Shown: positions 1-11,894 of the stretch, in pieces
How positions within the stretch are numbered: the stretch's first letter is position 1
Layout of the letters: each line of letters opens with the position of its first letter
Assembly (NCBI RefSeq): GCF_006345805.1
Contig: NC_043007.1
Span: 43,834,001-43,898,000, forward strand
DNA from: Octopus sinensis
Taxonomy: Eukaryota
Direction: 5' to 3'
DNA: 64,000 nucleotides
Notes under the pieces: generated by a model
Told to the model about the DNA's origin: nothing
The model's input: the letters and a program-made list of their open reading frames with translations, nothing else
Database searches by the model: none
Translations under genes and position numbers: made by a program

Positions 1-52
1 TTGTTCAAAACAGTTTGATTCTGATTCCGTGCTACTTCAAGTCTTGAAGCCC

Positions 53-176
<124 letters not shown>

Positions 177-541
177 TACAGATCCTATATAGATAAAAAA
201 AAAAGTACTCCATCCAGTTGAGATAAATATCATTTAATATATACAATTACAAAAGAGCTACTAATAGTTTCCCGCTTTAAGATACATTAAATTGGTAGAT
301 TTATGAAACATGGATTAAGTAATCTTTCTGCTTCTGTTTATACGTTATATGTATTCTTAAAACTTAGGATGCAACACTATGAGAAAATCTGCGGAAAAAG
401 AAATAAAAAGAAAAACAAGAAGTTTTTTTTTTCATGTTATCACATAGTCCAGAGTCCTGGTTTTTAAATACATCTAAGATATGAACTGAGCCTGCAATCT
501 TAAAGCATGTAACTATTTATTTTAAGTGTGTATATTAAATG

Positions 542-671
<130 letters not shown>

Positions 672-1123
672 AACGGCGAATTAGCTCCTGGGATAGAAAT
701 CTTTGCTGTAGGTGTCCCGGCACTCTGCTCTGTGAGGTCAGTTTTGACAATGCTATTAATATACAGTCCAGCACAACCACTCTCTTCATCCTGACAGGGT
801 AAAAAAACATAATCAACCTCGACTGGATTTGAAATCAGAGCGCCGAAAGCCGTGGCAAATACTGAGATAAGACGAAAGTTGTCGAAATGGTTTTGTTAGG
901 TAATCACAAAGACATCTAATATAAATATTTTAAAAAAAACATTTCCTCGAGTCTTTCTCCTCCTCTAACAACGCGGTAGCCTTACATTGTAACTACAAAG
1001 ATCCAAAGTATACGATTGATGACGGTAGTGACGGCGGTGAATGTTAGTGATGGTGTTGGTGGTGATGGTGATGATGGTGATGATGGTTATGGTCTAGCGA
1101 ACACTAGCGACCAAGCGTCTGAA

Positions 1124-1510
1124 GGGCGAGTGGCTGTGTGGTAAGAAGATTGCCTCCCAACCATATGGTTCCGGGTTTAGTCCCACTACGTGGCACGTTG
1201 GGCTGGTGCCTTCTTCTAAAGAGCCTTGTAAGTGGAGATTTGGTAGGCGGAAATTGAAAGAAGCCCGTCGTATGTATATATATATTTATACATGTGTCTT
1301 TGTGGCTGTGTTTGTGCCCACCACCATCGCTTGACAACCGATGTTGGTGTGTTTACGTCCCCGTAACTTAGCGGTTCGACAAAAGAAACCGATAGAATAA
1401 GTACCAGGCTTACAAAGAATAAGTCCTAGGATTGATTTCTTTGACCAAAAGGTGACGCTCCAGCATGGCTACAGTCAATTGACTGAAACAAGTAAAAGGA
1501 TAAAAGAATA
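1124..1510 (+). mobile_element. tRNA-derived SINE family A (dominant family; tail shared with the CR1-group LINE)
   Basis: A-box-like TGGCTGTGTGG and B-box-like GGTTTAGTCCC, internal TA/TG tract, tail GCTCCAGCATGGCTACAGTCAATTGACTGAAACAAGTAAAAG; more than 10 homologous copies in the window. Confidence 0.9.
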
Positions 1511-1518
1511 TGCATACG

Positions 1519-1522
1519 TCTA

Positions 1523-1619
<97 letters not shown>

Positions 1620-1640
1620 GTCTATCTCTCTCTCTATCTA
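1519..1640. repeat. (TATC)n microsatellite
   Basis: Direct reading. Confidence 0.99.
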
Positions 1641-1770
1641 TGGTTCTGTGGCAAGACGTTTGCGTCCCAATAACATGGCTTCAGTGTCTTCTTCTGTAAC
1701 CCTGGGTTAACCAAAAGCCTTGTGAACGAATTTGGTAGTCAGAAACTGAGGAATTCCGTAGTAGATATAT

Positions 1771-2172
1771 ACTCTTTTACTTGTTTCAGTAATTTGACTG
1801 CAGCCATGCTGGAGCACCGCCTTTAGTCGAGCAAACCGAACCCAGGACTTATTCTTTGTAAGCCTAGTACTTATTCTATCGGTCTCTTTTGCCGAACCAC
1901 TAAGTTACGGGGACCTAAACGCACCAGCATCAGTTGTCGAGCGACGTTGGGGGGACAAACACAGACACACAAATATATACACACACATAAACATATATAT
2001 ACATATATACGACGGGCTTCTTTCAGTTTCCGTCAACCAAATCCACTCACAAGGCTTTGGTCCGCCCGAGGCTATAGTAGAAAACACTTTCCCAAGGTGC
2101 CACGCAGTGGGACTGAACCCAGAACCATCTGGTTGGTAAGCAAGCTACTTATCACACAGCCACTTCTGCGCC
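1771..2172 (-). mobile_element. SINE family A, full-length copy
   Basis: Reverse-complement homolog of 1124-1510 and 7989-8392 over its whole length. Confidence 0.92.
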
Positions 2173-2213
<41 letters not shown>

Positions 2214-2275
2214 GTGTGTGTGTGTATTTAGTTCAACAGGTGTGTTAGTTTAACCCTCAGGAAGAATGGAAAAGT

Positions 2276-2311
2276 GTTTTACGTTTCGAGCCTATACTCT
2301 TCGACACAAAG
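2276..2311 (-). ncRNA. Degenerate minimal type I hammerhead motif (Penelope pLTR-like repeat)
   Basis: Minus strand CTTT-GTGTCGA-A-GAGT/ATAG/GCTC-GAAA-CG-TA-AAAC; homologous to 3890-3925. Confidence 0.55.
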
Positions 2312-2387
2312 GATTAAAAGGAAAAAAACGGACAGAGAATGAAAAACAAAGGTGAGATGAAAAAAATGTGAAACGATTAACAGTTTA

Positions 2388-2431
<44 letters not shown>

Positions 2432-2442
2432 TATATACACAC

Positions 2443-2637
2443 TAGGTCTGATCAATAGGTATCCGGACTCTTGCAATAGTAATGTAGCTAAAGCACGAAA
2501 TGTAACACCGCTTGGTACAGATTGACCTCGAACACTGCTGTGCATGTGAACTAAGTTTTAACGTTCTAGCTCGCTTTCGCTGTTTACAGCAGTGCTTGGA
2601 AGGAATGTGTGTAGCGTGTAATCGTCGCATTGACCAT
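2443..2637 (+). mobile_element. Mariner 5' end fragment (same family as 48165-48728)
   Basis: AGGTCTGATCAATAGGTA TIR-like start; colinear with the reverse complement of 48535-48728 up to the ATTGACCATG start codon. Confidence 0.75.
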
Positions 2638-3094
2638 GTTATAATAAAAACAATTTTACATTAATTTCATGGATTACTCTATACTTTTATATAATACAAA
2701 TTTGCTATTCTTGAACAAGAATGTTGTTGACAGTGACTTCGAAGTTTCGCTCTGCTAAGCCATCGTGTATCTATATATGCATTTACGCATGTATGTATAT
2801 ATGCATGTATGTATGTATGAACATAAACATATACATACATATATATATACATATATGTGTGTGTGTGTGTATATATATACTATATATATATATATATCTA
2901 TATATACTAACAAAATTAGAGAATGGGAAACATACTTAAATCAATAAAACATCAACTATCCGATGATACCCAATCAATACTTTAATACACCATTACATAT
3001 GAGTAAAGGCATTATACAAAATAAAATATACAGTAATAGTAAAAAGACAAAGAGATATAAGTAAAAAATTTCAAAATAATATGTAATTAATCAA

Positions 3095-3206
3095 AACTTG
3101 ACAGCTGTTTCGGCAGTGAGGGCAGTCATACCTCATTTAACCTATAAGCCATAAAGGCAGGTATAAATGAGGCATTAACAAGGATGCCCCACGCTCTTCA
3201 GAGAAT
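3095..3206 (-). ncRNA. Type I hammerhead ribozyme with long extended stem II
   Basis: Minus strand CTGAAGA (3201-3195); stem II GCGTGGGGCA/TGCCCTCACTGC enclosing ATGCCTCATTTA/TAAATGAGGTAT; GAAA; palindromic stem III ACAGCTGT; GUC site; stem I weak. Confidence 0.8.
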
Positions 3207-3740
3207 TAAATTAAATTTGTTATAATTGTGAAAAATATTATATAACCATATACATATAAATATAAAAATATAAAAATGTAAAATATAAAAAATATAAAAA
3301 CTTATACATCATAATGCTACACTTATATAATATAATACTCATTGGTACAATAAAGGAAGGTAAACAGAACAAAATAAAACAAAATATATATCAGTGTATA
3401 TATTAATATTAATAAGTACCGATATTATACATATTTGGCTAATAGATTTTTTTTTAAAAAACTAACACATAGGGAGATGAAAATAATAATTAAAACCATG
3501 GTTCAGTTCATAAAATTCTAAAGCTATAAAAGTTAATAAAATTACTATTAATGTTATTAATAATATAATAATAATAATAAATATATAATAATAATAGATA
3601 CAGTTATGTTTGCACCAAGTCCATCCTTTCAAGATCGAAATAACTATGAGTTAGAAATGCTGACTACTAGGTAAAGAAAATTTAGATTAATTCGATTGGC
3701 TATTGGTTTGAAATTTAAATCACAAAAGAAAATTATACGG

Positions 3741-3813
<73 letters not shown>

Positions 3814-3889
3814 TTTGTACCATTAATACAAATTTTTTCTGTCTCCGTCTTTTTTCGCGCTCTCTCCGGGTTTTTTTCACCTCTTAATA

Positions 3890-3925
3890 CTTTCTGTGGA
3901 AGAGCGTCGGCACGAAACATCAAAG
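3890..3925 (+). ncRNA. Degenerate minimal type I hammerhead motif (CUGUNGA variant core)
   Basis: CTTT-CTGTGGA-A-GAGC/GTCG/GCAC-GAAA-CA-TC-AAAG; stem I CTTT/AAAG. Confidence 0.6.
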
Positions 3926-4220
3926 GTGTTTCCATTCTTCCCGAGTGTTAAACTAATACACTTGGTTGTTGTTCCTTCATCTGTATTCGTCTTTTGTTTT
4001 CTGTAAATTTGAACCATACATACATATACAAACAGAGATACCTGTTGTGGCTTCATTTAAGCATACGGTAGCAGCACTTTCCTCACAGAGAAACAATAGT
4101 TGACAGCAAGTTACAGTTAATATCTGCAGCATCAACATCTGTTACAACTGGTAACTGTCGACCTCCAATATATATCATTACATTTACCGTTACAACTGGT
4201 GACCACTGACTCCACCTAAA

Positions 4221-4820
4221 ATACCTATTTCTTTACTGCCCACAAGGACACACAGATGGGACAAACAAGGACAGACACACGGATTGAGTCGATTACATCG
4301 ACCCTAGTGTGTAACTGGTACTTAATTTATCGACCCCGAAAGGATGAAAGGCAAATTTGAGGATGAAAGGCAAATTAAAACTCAGAACGTTGCAGCAGAC
4401 GAAATACCTATTTATTTACTACCTACAAGGGGCTAAACACAGAGGAGACAAGCAAGGACAAACGGATTAAGTCGATTATATTGACCCCAGTGCGTAAATG
4501 GTACTTAATTTATCGACCCCGAAAGGATAAAAGGCAAAGTCGACCTCGGCGGAATTTGAACTCAGAACATAACGGCGACGAAATACCTATTTCTTTACTA
4601 ACCACAAGGGGCTAAACACAGAGGGGACAAACAAGGACAGACAAACGGATTAAGTCGATTATATCGACCCCAGTGCGTAACTGGTACTTAATTTATCGAC
4701 TCCGAAAGGATGAAAGGCAAAGTCGACCTCGGCGGAATTTGAAGTCAGAACGTAACGGCAGACGAAATACGGCTACGCATTTCGCCCGGCGTGCTACGTT
4801 TCTGTCAGCTCGACGCCTTC
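4221..4820 (-). mobile_element. tRNA-derived SINE family B (Meta-domain-like), trimeric insertion
   Basis: Three ~180-bp body repeats with a CTTTCATCCTTTCGGGGTCGATAAATTAAGTACC core; only one has the tRNA head; flanked by direct repeat GACTCCACCTAAAATACC at 4208-4225 and 4821-4838. Confidence 0.9.
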
Positions 4821-4911
4821 GACTCCACCTAAAATACCGTTACATACCTATACACACACACGCACATGTTGAGTATTTGACTAGTTTATCAAAATCCTTC
4901 GACACATTCTC

Positions 4912-4984
4912 TCACCTTACTGATGATATATTCTTTCTGCATTCACTGCATCCTATGTGTTACTTTCTCGAAATGTAAAGGTGA
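4912..4984 (+). ncRNA. Decayed type I hammerhead motif
   Basis: TCACCTT(A)-CTGATGA ... CTC-GAAA-TG-TA-AAGGTGA; 7-bp stem I; stem II eroded. Confidence 0.55.
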
Positions 4985-5363
4985 TTTTTATCATTTTCTT
5001 CACTTATAAAATGTGAGAGATGGTGGGAACGTTGTTTTAATTACGGCGGTGACGATGTGTGCACTTCTAAATATTGATATAACGGTCACCGTGGCCAATG
5101 TTTATGTACGTGTGTGTGTGTGTGTTTATGTTTCTGTGTGCGTGTGTATGAAGTGTAATGTCTTTGGTGTTCATGTTGTTTGTAATTTTAGACTTGTTTT
5201 TAAGCTTCAGCGGATGAGTGGCTGATTTTGAGACGAATAATAAATTCAGTTTACACATCGGAAAGAACTGTCATGAAAAATGGAAGCTTCAACATCTGCA
5301 ACCTTTTGAAGAAATCTTGGAAAAACCCTCGACAACGAAGACTTGCTTATACGTGAGTGTATG

Positions 5364-5401
<38 letters not shown>

Positions 5402-5744
5402 GTGTGTGTGTGTGTGCAAAAAATAGTTTTAAAGTATGCTGGAAGATACGTCACGTTACAGATATCAGATATAAGTTTGTGTTTGTCTGTATAGCTTGTA
5501 TTTGGTGTTTCATATGAATACTTGAAAGCTGCAATGATGTCTTGAAAATCTTGAGTAAATATTTGTACAAATAGTAATTGAAATGGTTATCATACCACTG
5601 TTAATGATAGAACGAAGGTAGAAAAAAAAGGAAAGAACTGCTGAAGGACGTTAAGAGAAGAGAAAAAAAACACAAAATGAAAAACAGAAAGCAGCGAAGA
5701 GAGAACGTATATAATAAATAAATATGTGATTCTTTCTAAATTTG

Positions 5745-5938
5745 CCACAACGCTAGTAATTTTAAGAGAGGAGAAGTCGATTACATCGACTCCAATACTT
5801 AACAAGCACTTATTTTATCGACACTGAAAGGAACGAAAGGCGAAGTCGATCTCGACCGAATTTGAACTCAGAACGTAAAGCCGGAAGAAATGCTGCTAAG
5901 CATTTGCCTGGCTTGCTAAAGACTCTGCCAGCTCGCCG
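5745..5938 (-). mobile_element. SINE family B, diverged copy
   Basis: Homology to head and core of 4640-4820. Confidence 0.8.
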
Positions 5939-5943
5939 TATTG

Positions 5944-6300
5944 TCTATTATATAAAATCCGTTCTGTCTGCGTGTGTGTCTTCTAGGATCCCGGGCATCC
6001 TCCATCCGATTGCGCTCAAATTTGATATGTAGATACCGACGGTATCAGGGCGTGTATAGGTCTTGAAAAAATTGCAAAAATCGATTCCAGGTGAGTATGC
6101 GATCGATAAAGTCGTGGGAACGTGCATTTGTAGGCGCAAGTACATCAGCTGTTGCGATGTACTTACTTGTACTTTAAACTCTTTGGTTGTATATTTGTGT
6201 GAATAAAATCGTTTTTCTTTGGAATAGTAAAAAGTCTATCTTTATTTCTTCTTTTGCTGGTGTCTCAAATTTAGGTTAAATCAGTATTTCTCAAAGGAAA
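5944..6300 (+). mobile_element. Probable non-autonomous Helitron-like 5' portion
   Basis: Begins TCTATTATATAAAA followed by CTGTCTGCGTGTGT, resembling the 5' end of the Helitron at 63218; no 3' CTAG hairpin located. Confidence 0.4.
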
Positions 6301-6724
6301 GGCCTATGGAATTTTCGGACAAGTTGTTTTGAGAAAATTTGGTTTAAATATTTGACAACTCAGCACCGTCCATTGGACGGGGGTCGTTTTGCTCGTTATA
6401 AATATATAATGAAAGCTGCAATGTTGCAGCCCACGCAATTTTTGTTCACTGGAAAGTTTTGTTGGTGAGAATAAGCCAATAAAATGAATGAACATAAAAA
6501 AAAATGAACCAAGGGTGTGGGGTTGGGTCATCAGTACCAAGGATGAGTAACTATTAAGTACCAGGGTCAAATTGCAAGCTGATAAGAGAAGTAATGGTTA
6601 TACCTAATTAAGGTATAAGACCAATAATTTTAATGAGGAGCTAGTAGATACTGTTAATTCAAATACTTGATTAGTCACTGTATTGACCAGGCTGATAGAT
6701 ATTACCGCTGGTTACAACGCACTT

Positions 6725-6948
6725 CCTCGATTTGTTGTCATTTTCGAATGATGCTCTCCTGCTGGCTAGGCGGACAGGCCAACATTACCCCTGAGCGAAC
6801 CACCAGTCTATCGTAGGGTTACCAATTTACAGCTGAATAGACGGAGTTAAATGAAGAGTTTTGCTCAAGTATACGATGCACTGTCGGTCTGGGATTCATC
6901 TTGCGATCGCGAATGCAGCACTCTACCTCTAGGCCATGCACCTTCACA
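6725..6948 (-). mobile_element. tRNA-derived SINE family C, diverged
   Basis: Minus-strand head TGTGAAGGTGCATGGCCTAGAGGTAGAG...ATCCCAGACCG similar to the head of 31062-31216. Confidence 0.65.
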
Positions 6949-7499
6949 TTTGGTTAATACTTTGTTTGTACGTTAATGCATTAAAAACGGAGGCCTAGCA
7001 GAAGCTTTGAGACATCGGCAAAAATATTTAGCAGAATTTATTCTTGCTTTTTATGTTCTCGTTTCAAATCCAGTCGAGATCTTCATTGTCTTCCATTTTT
7101 TCGGGGTCGTTATAATGAAGTGCAAGTCAAATCTTTTATGTCAGCTATCACGACAGAATGAAAGACAAAAACTGATCTCGGATGGATTTGAAACGAGAAC
7201 GTAACAAAAGGCGGAAGAAATGCTGTTAAAAATTCTGTCCGACGCATCAACGATTCTGCTAGCTCTCTGTTTTTATGTGAGGGAAATAATGATTCTTAAT
7301 TTTCGAAATTTATAGACGCTTTTCTTATTAATTTCTTCGTATTTTATTAGTTCCAGTCATTGGAATGGTGGCTCTATATTCAAGGATTTAGCCAATCATA
7401 TCGAACTTAGTCGTACTTATACAAGTCTGAAACTTATATTATTGATATCTATTGATAGTACAAGTGTTAAACGTCTTGGACAAAATCATAAACAAGTAT

Positions 7500-7563
<64 letters not shown>

Positions 7564-7739
7564 ATGTGTGTTGAGAATAAATGAACACATGTATAAACGT
7601 ACATACGTACATACATATATATATAATATATATATATATTATATATATATATATATACATCTAATTGTGTGGTAATAAGTTTGCTATCAAATGCCAACAA
7701 AAGCCTTGTGTGTGAATCTGGTAGACGGAAACTGAAAAA

Positions 7740-7925
7740 AGCTAGCAATTTCGAGGGAGTGGGTAAGTCGATTACATCGACGCCAATACTCCACTGGTAC
7801 TTACTTATTTTAACGACTTCCAAAGTCTACCTCGGCGGAATTTGATCTCAGAACGTAAAGACGGACGAAATACCGCTAAGCATTTCACACGGGCGTGCCA
7901 ATGATTCTGTCAGCTCGTCGCCTTA
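7740..7925 (-). mobile_element. SINE family B
   Basis: Homology to family B head and core. Confidence 0.8.
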
Positions 7926-7988
7926 ATAGCAACAGCAACAATAACAGCAACAGCAACAATATCATGCCCTGATGCAGTTCCAGGCAGT

Positions 7989-8392
7989 GGCATAGGAGTG
8001 GCTGTATGGTAAGTAGCTTGCTTACCAACCACATGGTTCCGGGTTCAGTCCCACTGCGTGACACATTGGGCAAGTGTCTTCTACTATAGCTTCGGGCCGA
8101 CCAAAGCCTTGTGAGTGGATTTGGTAGATGAAACTGAAAGAAGTCCGTCGGATATATGTGTATATATATATATGCATGTGCGTGCATATGTTTGTGTGTC
8201 TGTGTTTGTCCCCCAACATCGCTTGACAACTGATGCTGGTGTGTTTACGTCCCCATAACTTAGCGGTTCGGCAAAAGAGACCGATAGAATAAGTACTAGG
8301 CTTACAAAGAATAAGTCCTGGGGTCGATTTGCTCGACTAAAGGCGGTGCTCCAGCATGGCCGCAGACAAATGACTGAAACGAGTAAAAGAGT
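7989..8392 (+). mobile_element. SINE family A, full-length, with short TSD
   Basis: Full head to tail; AGTGGC direct repeat at 7986-7991 and 8390-8395. Confidence 0.92.
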
Positions 8393-8629
8393 GGCTTTCA
8401 TGGCTTCTGATCTTAAATGATTGGAAGTGTTATCATGTACATTATTTTGTCTAGGTATAAAAGATGAGCTACAGCAAATATTCTGCTCAATACTACAGAT
8501 TTTCTTGTCAATTGCTTGACCATAACCAGTGGAGCATGTCCTTTAATGGCTGACGATATATGCATCTCTGATAACGAGAAGTAGTGGCGGAGCATCCTAG
8601 CCATGTGTTGAGAGGAATTCTTTGGGTCA

Positions 8630-9435
8630 GTTTGCAAAAGATGAGAATATTAAAACAGATACAGAGGACCGGTAGCTATGGATGAGGAGGAGTGACCTGA
8701 AGCACTTATATGCGCAGCTTAGGAACAAGCATTAATGACCAACTATATGAGATGCAGAATAGACAACAGTACCGGTAGCGACAAATGCAGAATGTGTGGT
8801 GAGAGGGATGAAACGGTATGGCACATCGATAGCGAATGCCAGAAATTGGCACCATGACATGTGGCAAGAATGACCCATTGGGAGCTCTGTGGAAATCACA
8901 GCCTGCAAAGAGCAAAGACGTGGTATGAGCAAACTCCAGAAGGAGTAACCGAAAATGAGAATTGCAAAATCCTGTAGGATGCAATGATTCAGTGCAATCA
9001 CCCGACCAGACATCGGAAACCGGACATTGTTGTGGTGAATAAAAAAGAAAGAACATGTATGATAATGGACACAGCATGTCCCGGTGACAACAGGATCAAT
9101 GCGAAAGAAGAAGAAAAAATATACCACTATGACGATTTGAAGTGGGAAATACGAAAGTTGTGGTCAATGATGAGAGTAGACGTGATACCAATAGTAATTG
9201 ATGCACTTGGAAGTATCAGCACTCAGATACCAACATGGCTAAAAAAGATTGGTGCAAGTGTTTAGGTAGAACACCTACAAAAAAATCAGCATTGCTTGGA
9301 ACTGCAAGAATTCTTCGCGGGATTCTTGAAGCATGACCAGTAAACAAGTGACACCTTAGTCTGCTGGCTGTCGATAGCTGACACTTTCCATCACACCCAG
9401 CAAAATAAGTTGTGAGTTTTCAGTGAGTTTTCATT
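8630..9435 (+). mobile_element. R4/Dong-clade LINE 3' remnant (restriction-like endonuclease region), family 1
   Basis: CRMCGERDETVWHIDSEC zinc knuckle, HRKPDIVVVNKKERTCMIMDTACP (PD..D motif), YDDLKWEIRKLW, IPIVIDALG; stops and frameshifts; followed by (GAA)n. Confidence 0.88.
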
Positions 9436-9444
9436 ATAGATAAG

Positions 9445-9571
9445 AAAGAAGAAGAGAAGACGAAGAAGAAGAAGAAGAAGAAGAAGAAGAAGAAGAAGAA
9501 GAAGAAGAAGAAGAAGAAGAAGAAGAAGAAGAAGAAGAAGAAGAAGAAGAAGAAGAAGAAGAAGAAGAAGA
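9445..9571. repeat. (GAA)n microsatellite
   Basis: Direct reading. Confidence 0.99.
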
Positions 9572-9574
9572 ATC

Positions 9575-11142
9575 CAATATTAATCTTGACCAGCAGAATG
9601 TCATAAAAGAGTTAGAACTAGCGGAGCACTACAAATATCTAGGGGTATTTGAAGGGGACGGAATCAACCATTCAGTGATGAGGAAAAGGATCAGAAGAGA
9701 ATGTTATGGCAGGATAAGGGCAATACTCAACACAGAGCTGAATGCAAGAAACAGGATCAAAGCGATCAATACTTTCGAAATACCGGTCGTGACTTAGTTT
9801 CAATATCATTAACTGGTCAATTATTGAAATATGTAATCTTGACAAAAAAAAAAATGAAAATTGTTGACAATGCACAGAATGCACCACTCTAAGGCAGATA
9901 TATAACGACTTGGTCTGTCGAGAAAAGAGGGTGGCCGTGGACTTTTACTGGAATTAACAATAAAGATTGCTACAGTTGGCCTAGACACCTACCTGAAAAA
10001 CTCTGATGGCAGTATGATAAAACTTGTCTCAAAGCATGAAAGCAAGAAAGTACCATACTCAGTAACAAAACAGGCAAAGGAATATCTAAGTGAATTCCAA
10101 ATACAACAAATTCCAGAATTAGACGTACTAGAAACAAGCACAGAAAAAGCTAAGCGTATGAAAACCCATGCTAAAACTGCTGCATTAGATATTCTTACTG
10201 ATAAATGGCAAGAAAAACCTCTCTATGGCAAATACCCAAAGAAAGCGAATAGTGCCGATGTTGACAAAGCCCTTACCCAACAATGGTTAGTGTCCTCTGG
10301 CTTAATGTCAGAAACAGAAGGGTTTATCATAGCAGCCCGAGATCAATGCTTACCTACAAGGAACTACCAGGCCAACATATTAAAGAACGGCAGTAGCCCA
10401 ACATGTCATGTATGTCAACAACAAAGTGAAATCATTGATCATGTTGTCGCTATGTGCCGTCTTCTTACGCCTACAGAGTATCTCAACATGCATGATAGAG
10501 CAACACAATATATCCACTGGGTAATTTGCAAAAACCTGGACCTGCTCCTTGATAAAAACTGGTGGGAACACAAACCACCTCCAGTGCTTGAAAATGACCA
10601 CATCTCACTCCTCTGGAACTTCACCATTCAAACTGACAGAAAGATAGATGCGATTAGGCCAGACATTATACTGAAATATTTCAGACAAAAATCATGCCTC
10701 CTCATTGACCCAATCGATAGAAATGTATCTGTCAAGACCTACCAAAAACTGAGCAATTATAAAGATCTTGAAATAGAGATTGGCAAATTGTGGAACCTCA
10801 AGACTAAAACAATACCTTTTGTCATAGGTGCCCTAGGAATGATAGCAAAAGGGGCTGATTCCTACCTAGCTCAGATACCAGGAAACCTCAAAATGGCAGA
10901 AATCCAAAAGAGAGTGTTCATAGTAACTGCCCATATCCTACTGTCTATGTAATCTCAAATTTCAAAACAAACTCATAATTTTCTTGTTTTCTTAAACACT
11001 CTCTAGAACGATACTATGAGCAAAACCAAATATATGATACCCTAGAAATAACACCAACATGAGCTTCTAACTTGTTGTCTCTTGAGGTCTCTGGGTGAGA
11101 ATTGGAGTCAAATTGTACAAATGCAAAGTAAAAGTCAAACAT
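9575..11142 (+). mobile_element. R4/Dong-clade LINE, 5'-truncated, family 2
   Basis: YKYLGVFEG RT thumb region; ORF 10014..10952 with CHVCQQQSEIIDHVVAMC, MHD, IRPDIIL, YKDLEIEIGKLW; 3' UTR followed by (AAT)n; colinear with 51030-52730 on the minus strand. Confidence 0.92.
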
Positions 11143-11144
11143 AA

Positions 11145-11188
<44 letters not shown>

Positions 11189-11251
11189 CAACAACAACAA
11201 CAACAACAACACAACAACAACAACACAACAATAATAATAATAATAATAATA
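11143..11251. repeat. (AAT)n/(AAC)n microsatellite at the Dong 3' junction
   Basis: Direct reading. Confidence 0.97.
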
Positions 11252-11603
11252 CTGATGATTCTGATGATAATACATATGTATGTATGTGTGCATATATATG
11301 TGTGTGTGTGAGTGTGCACACACGCACACACACAAGATTGCATTAGGAAGCGATTCATTGCAAGAGTAGATCTACATATGCAAAAGGATGAGATGATATA
11401 CGTATTACACAAATTAGCACAAAACCGCCTGGAGGGCAGTATCTCTTCCAGTCATTGTAATTCAATAAGCATATCTACATTCTGAAGTAATATAATTTGA
11501 ACTTACATTATTGCAAAAGTTTATATATAATTTATCAAATTAGTAAATTGATATAAACTTATTTACATTTGACGGATATTTGTTCTCATCGTGTTTGTTG
11601 TTA

Positions 11604-11648
11604 ATAAAACGTTTCAACTGATATACACTCCAGCCTTCATCAGGTGTC
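11604..11648 (-). ncRNA. Type I hammerhead motif, core intact
   Basis: Minus strand GACAC-CTGATGA-A-GGCTG/GAGTGTATAT/CAGTT-GAAA-CG-TT; the partner arm at 12130-12168 shows the ancestral CAGCC and GTGTT pairing strands. Confidence 0.75.
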
Positions 11649-11719
11649 TTGGGGAAATTTCGAACCTGGGTTCTCATTTCTAAGGTATCTTTCTGTGTTA
11701 TTATTATTATTTTTTTTTA

Positions 11720-11894
11720 TTATTATTCTATGTTTGACTTTTGCTTTATATTTGTACAAGTTGGCTCCAAGTCTCACCCAGAGACCTCAAGAGACAACAG
11801 GTTGGAAGTTCATGTTGTTGTTATGCCTAGTGTGCCATATATTTCGGGGTTTTTTTTGGTGTTGTACTAGTGAATGTCCAAAAAAAAACCGAAA

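Noticed and set aside
360-420. Strong minus-strand splice acceptor TTTTTCCGCAG ending at 389
   Set aside because: All three downstream frames close within about 11 codons and no partner exon is identifiable.
860-897. CTGAGATAA-GACGAAAGTTGTC-GAAA hammerhead-like motif
   Set aside because: Core does not fit CUGANGA, stems I and III are unconvincing, and it abuts a decayed SINE.
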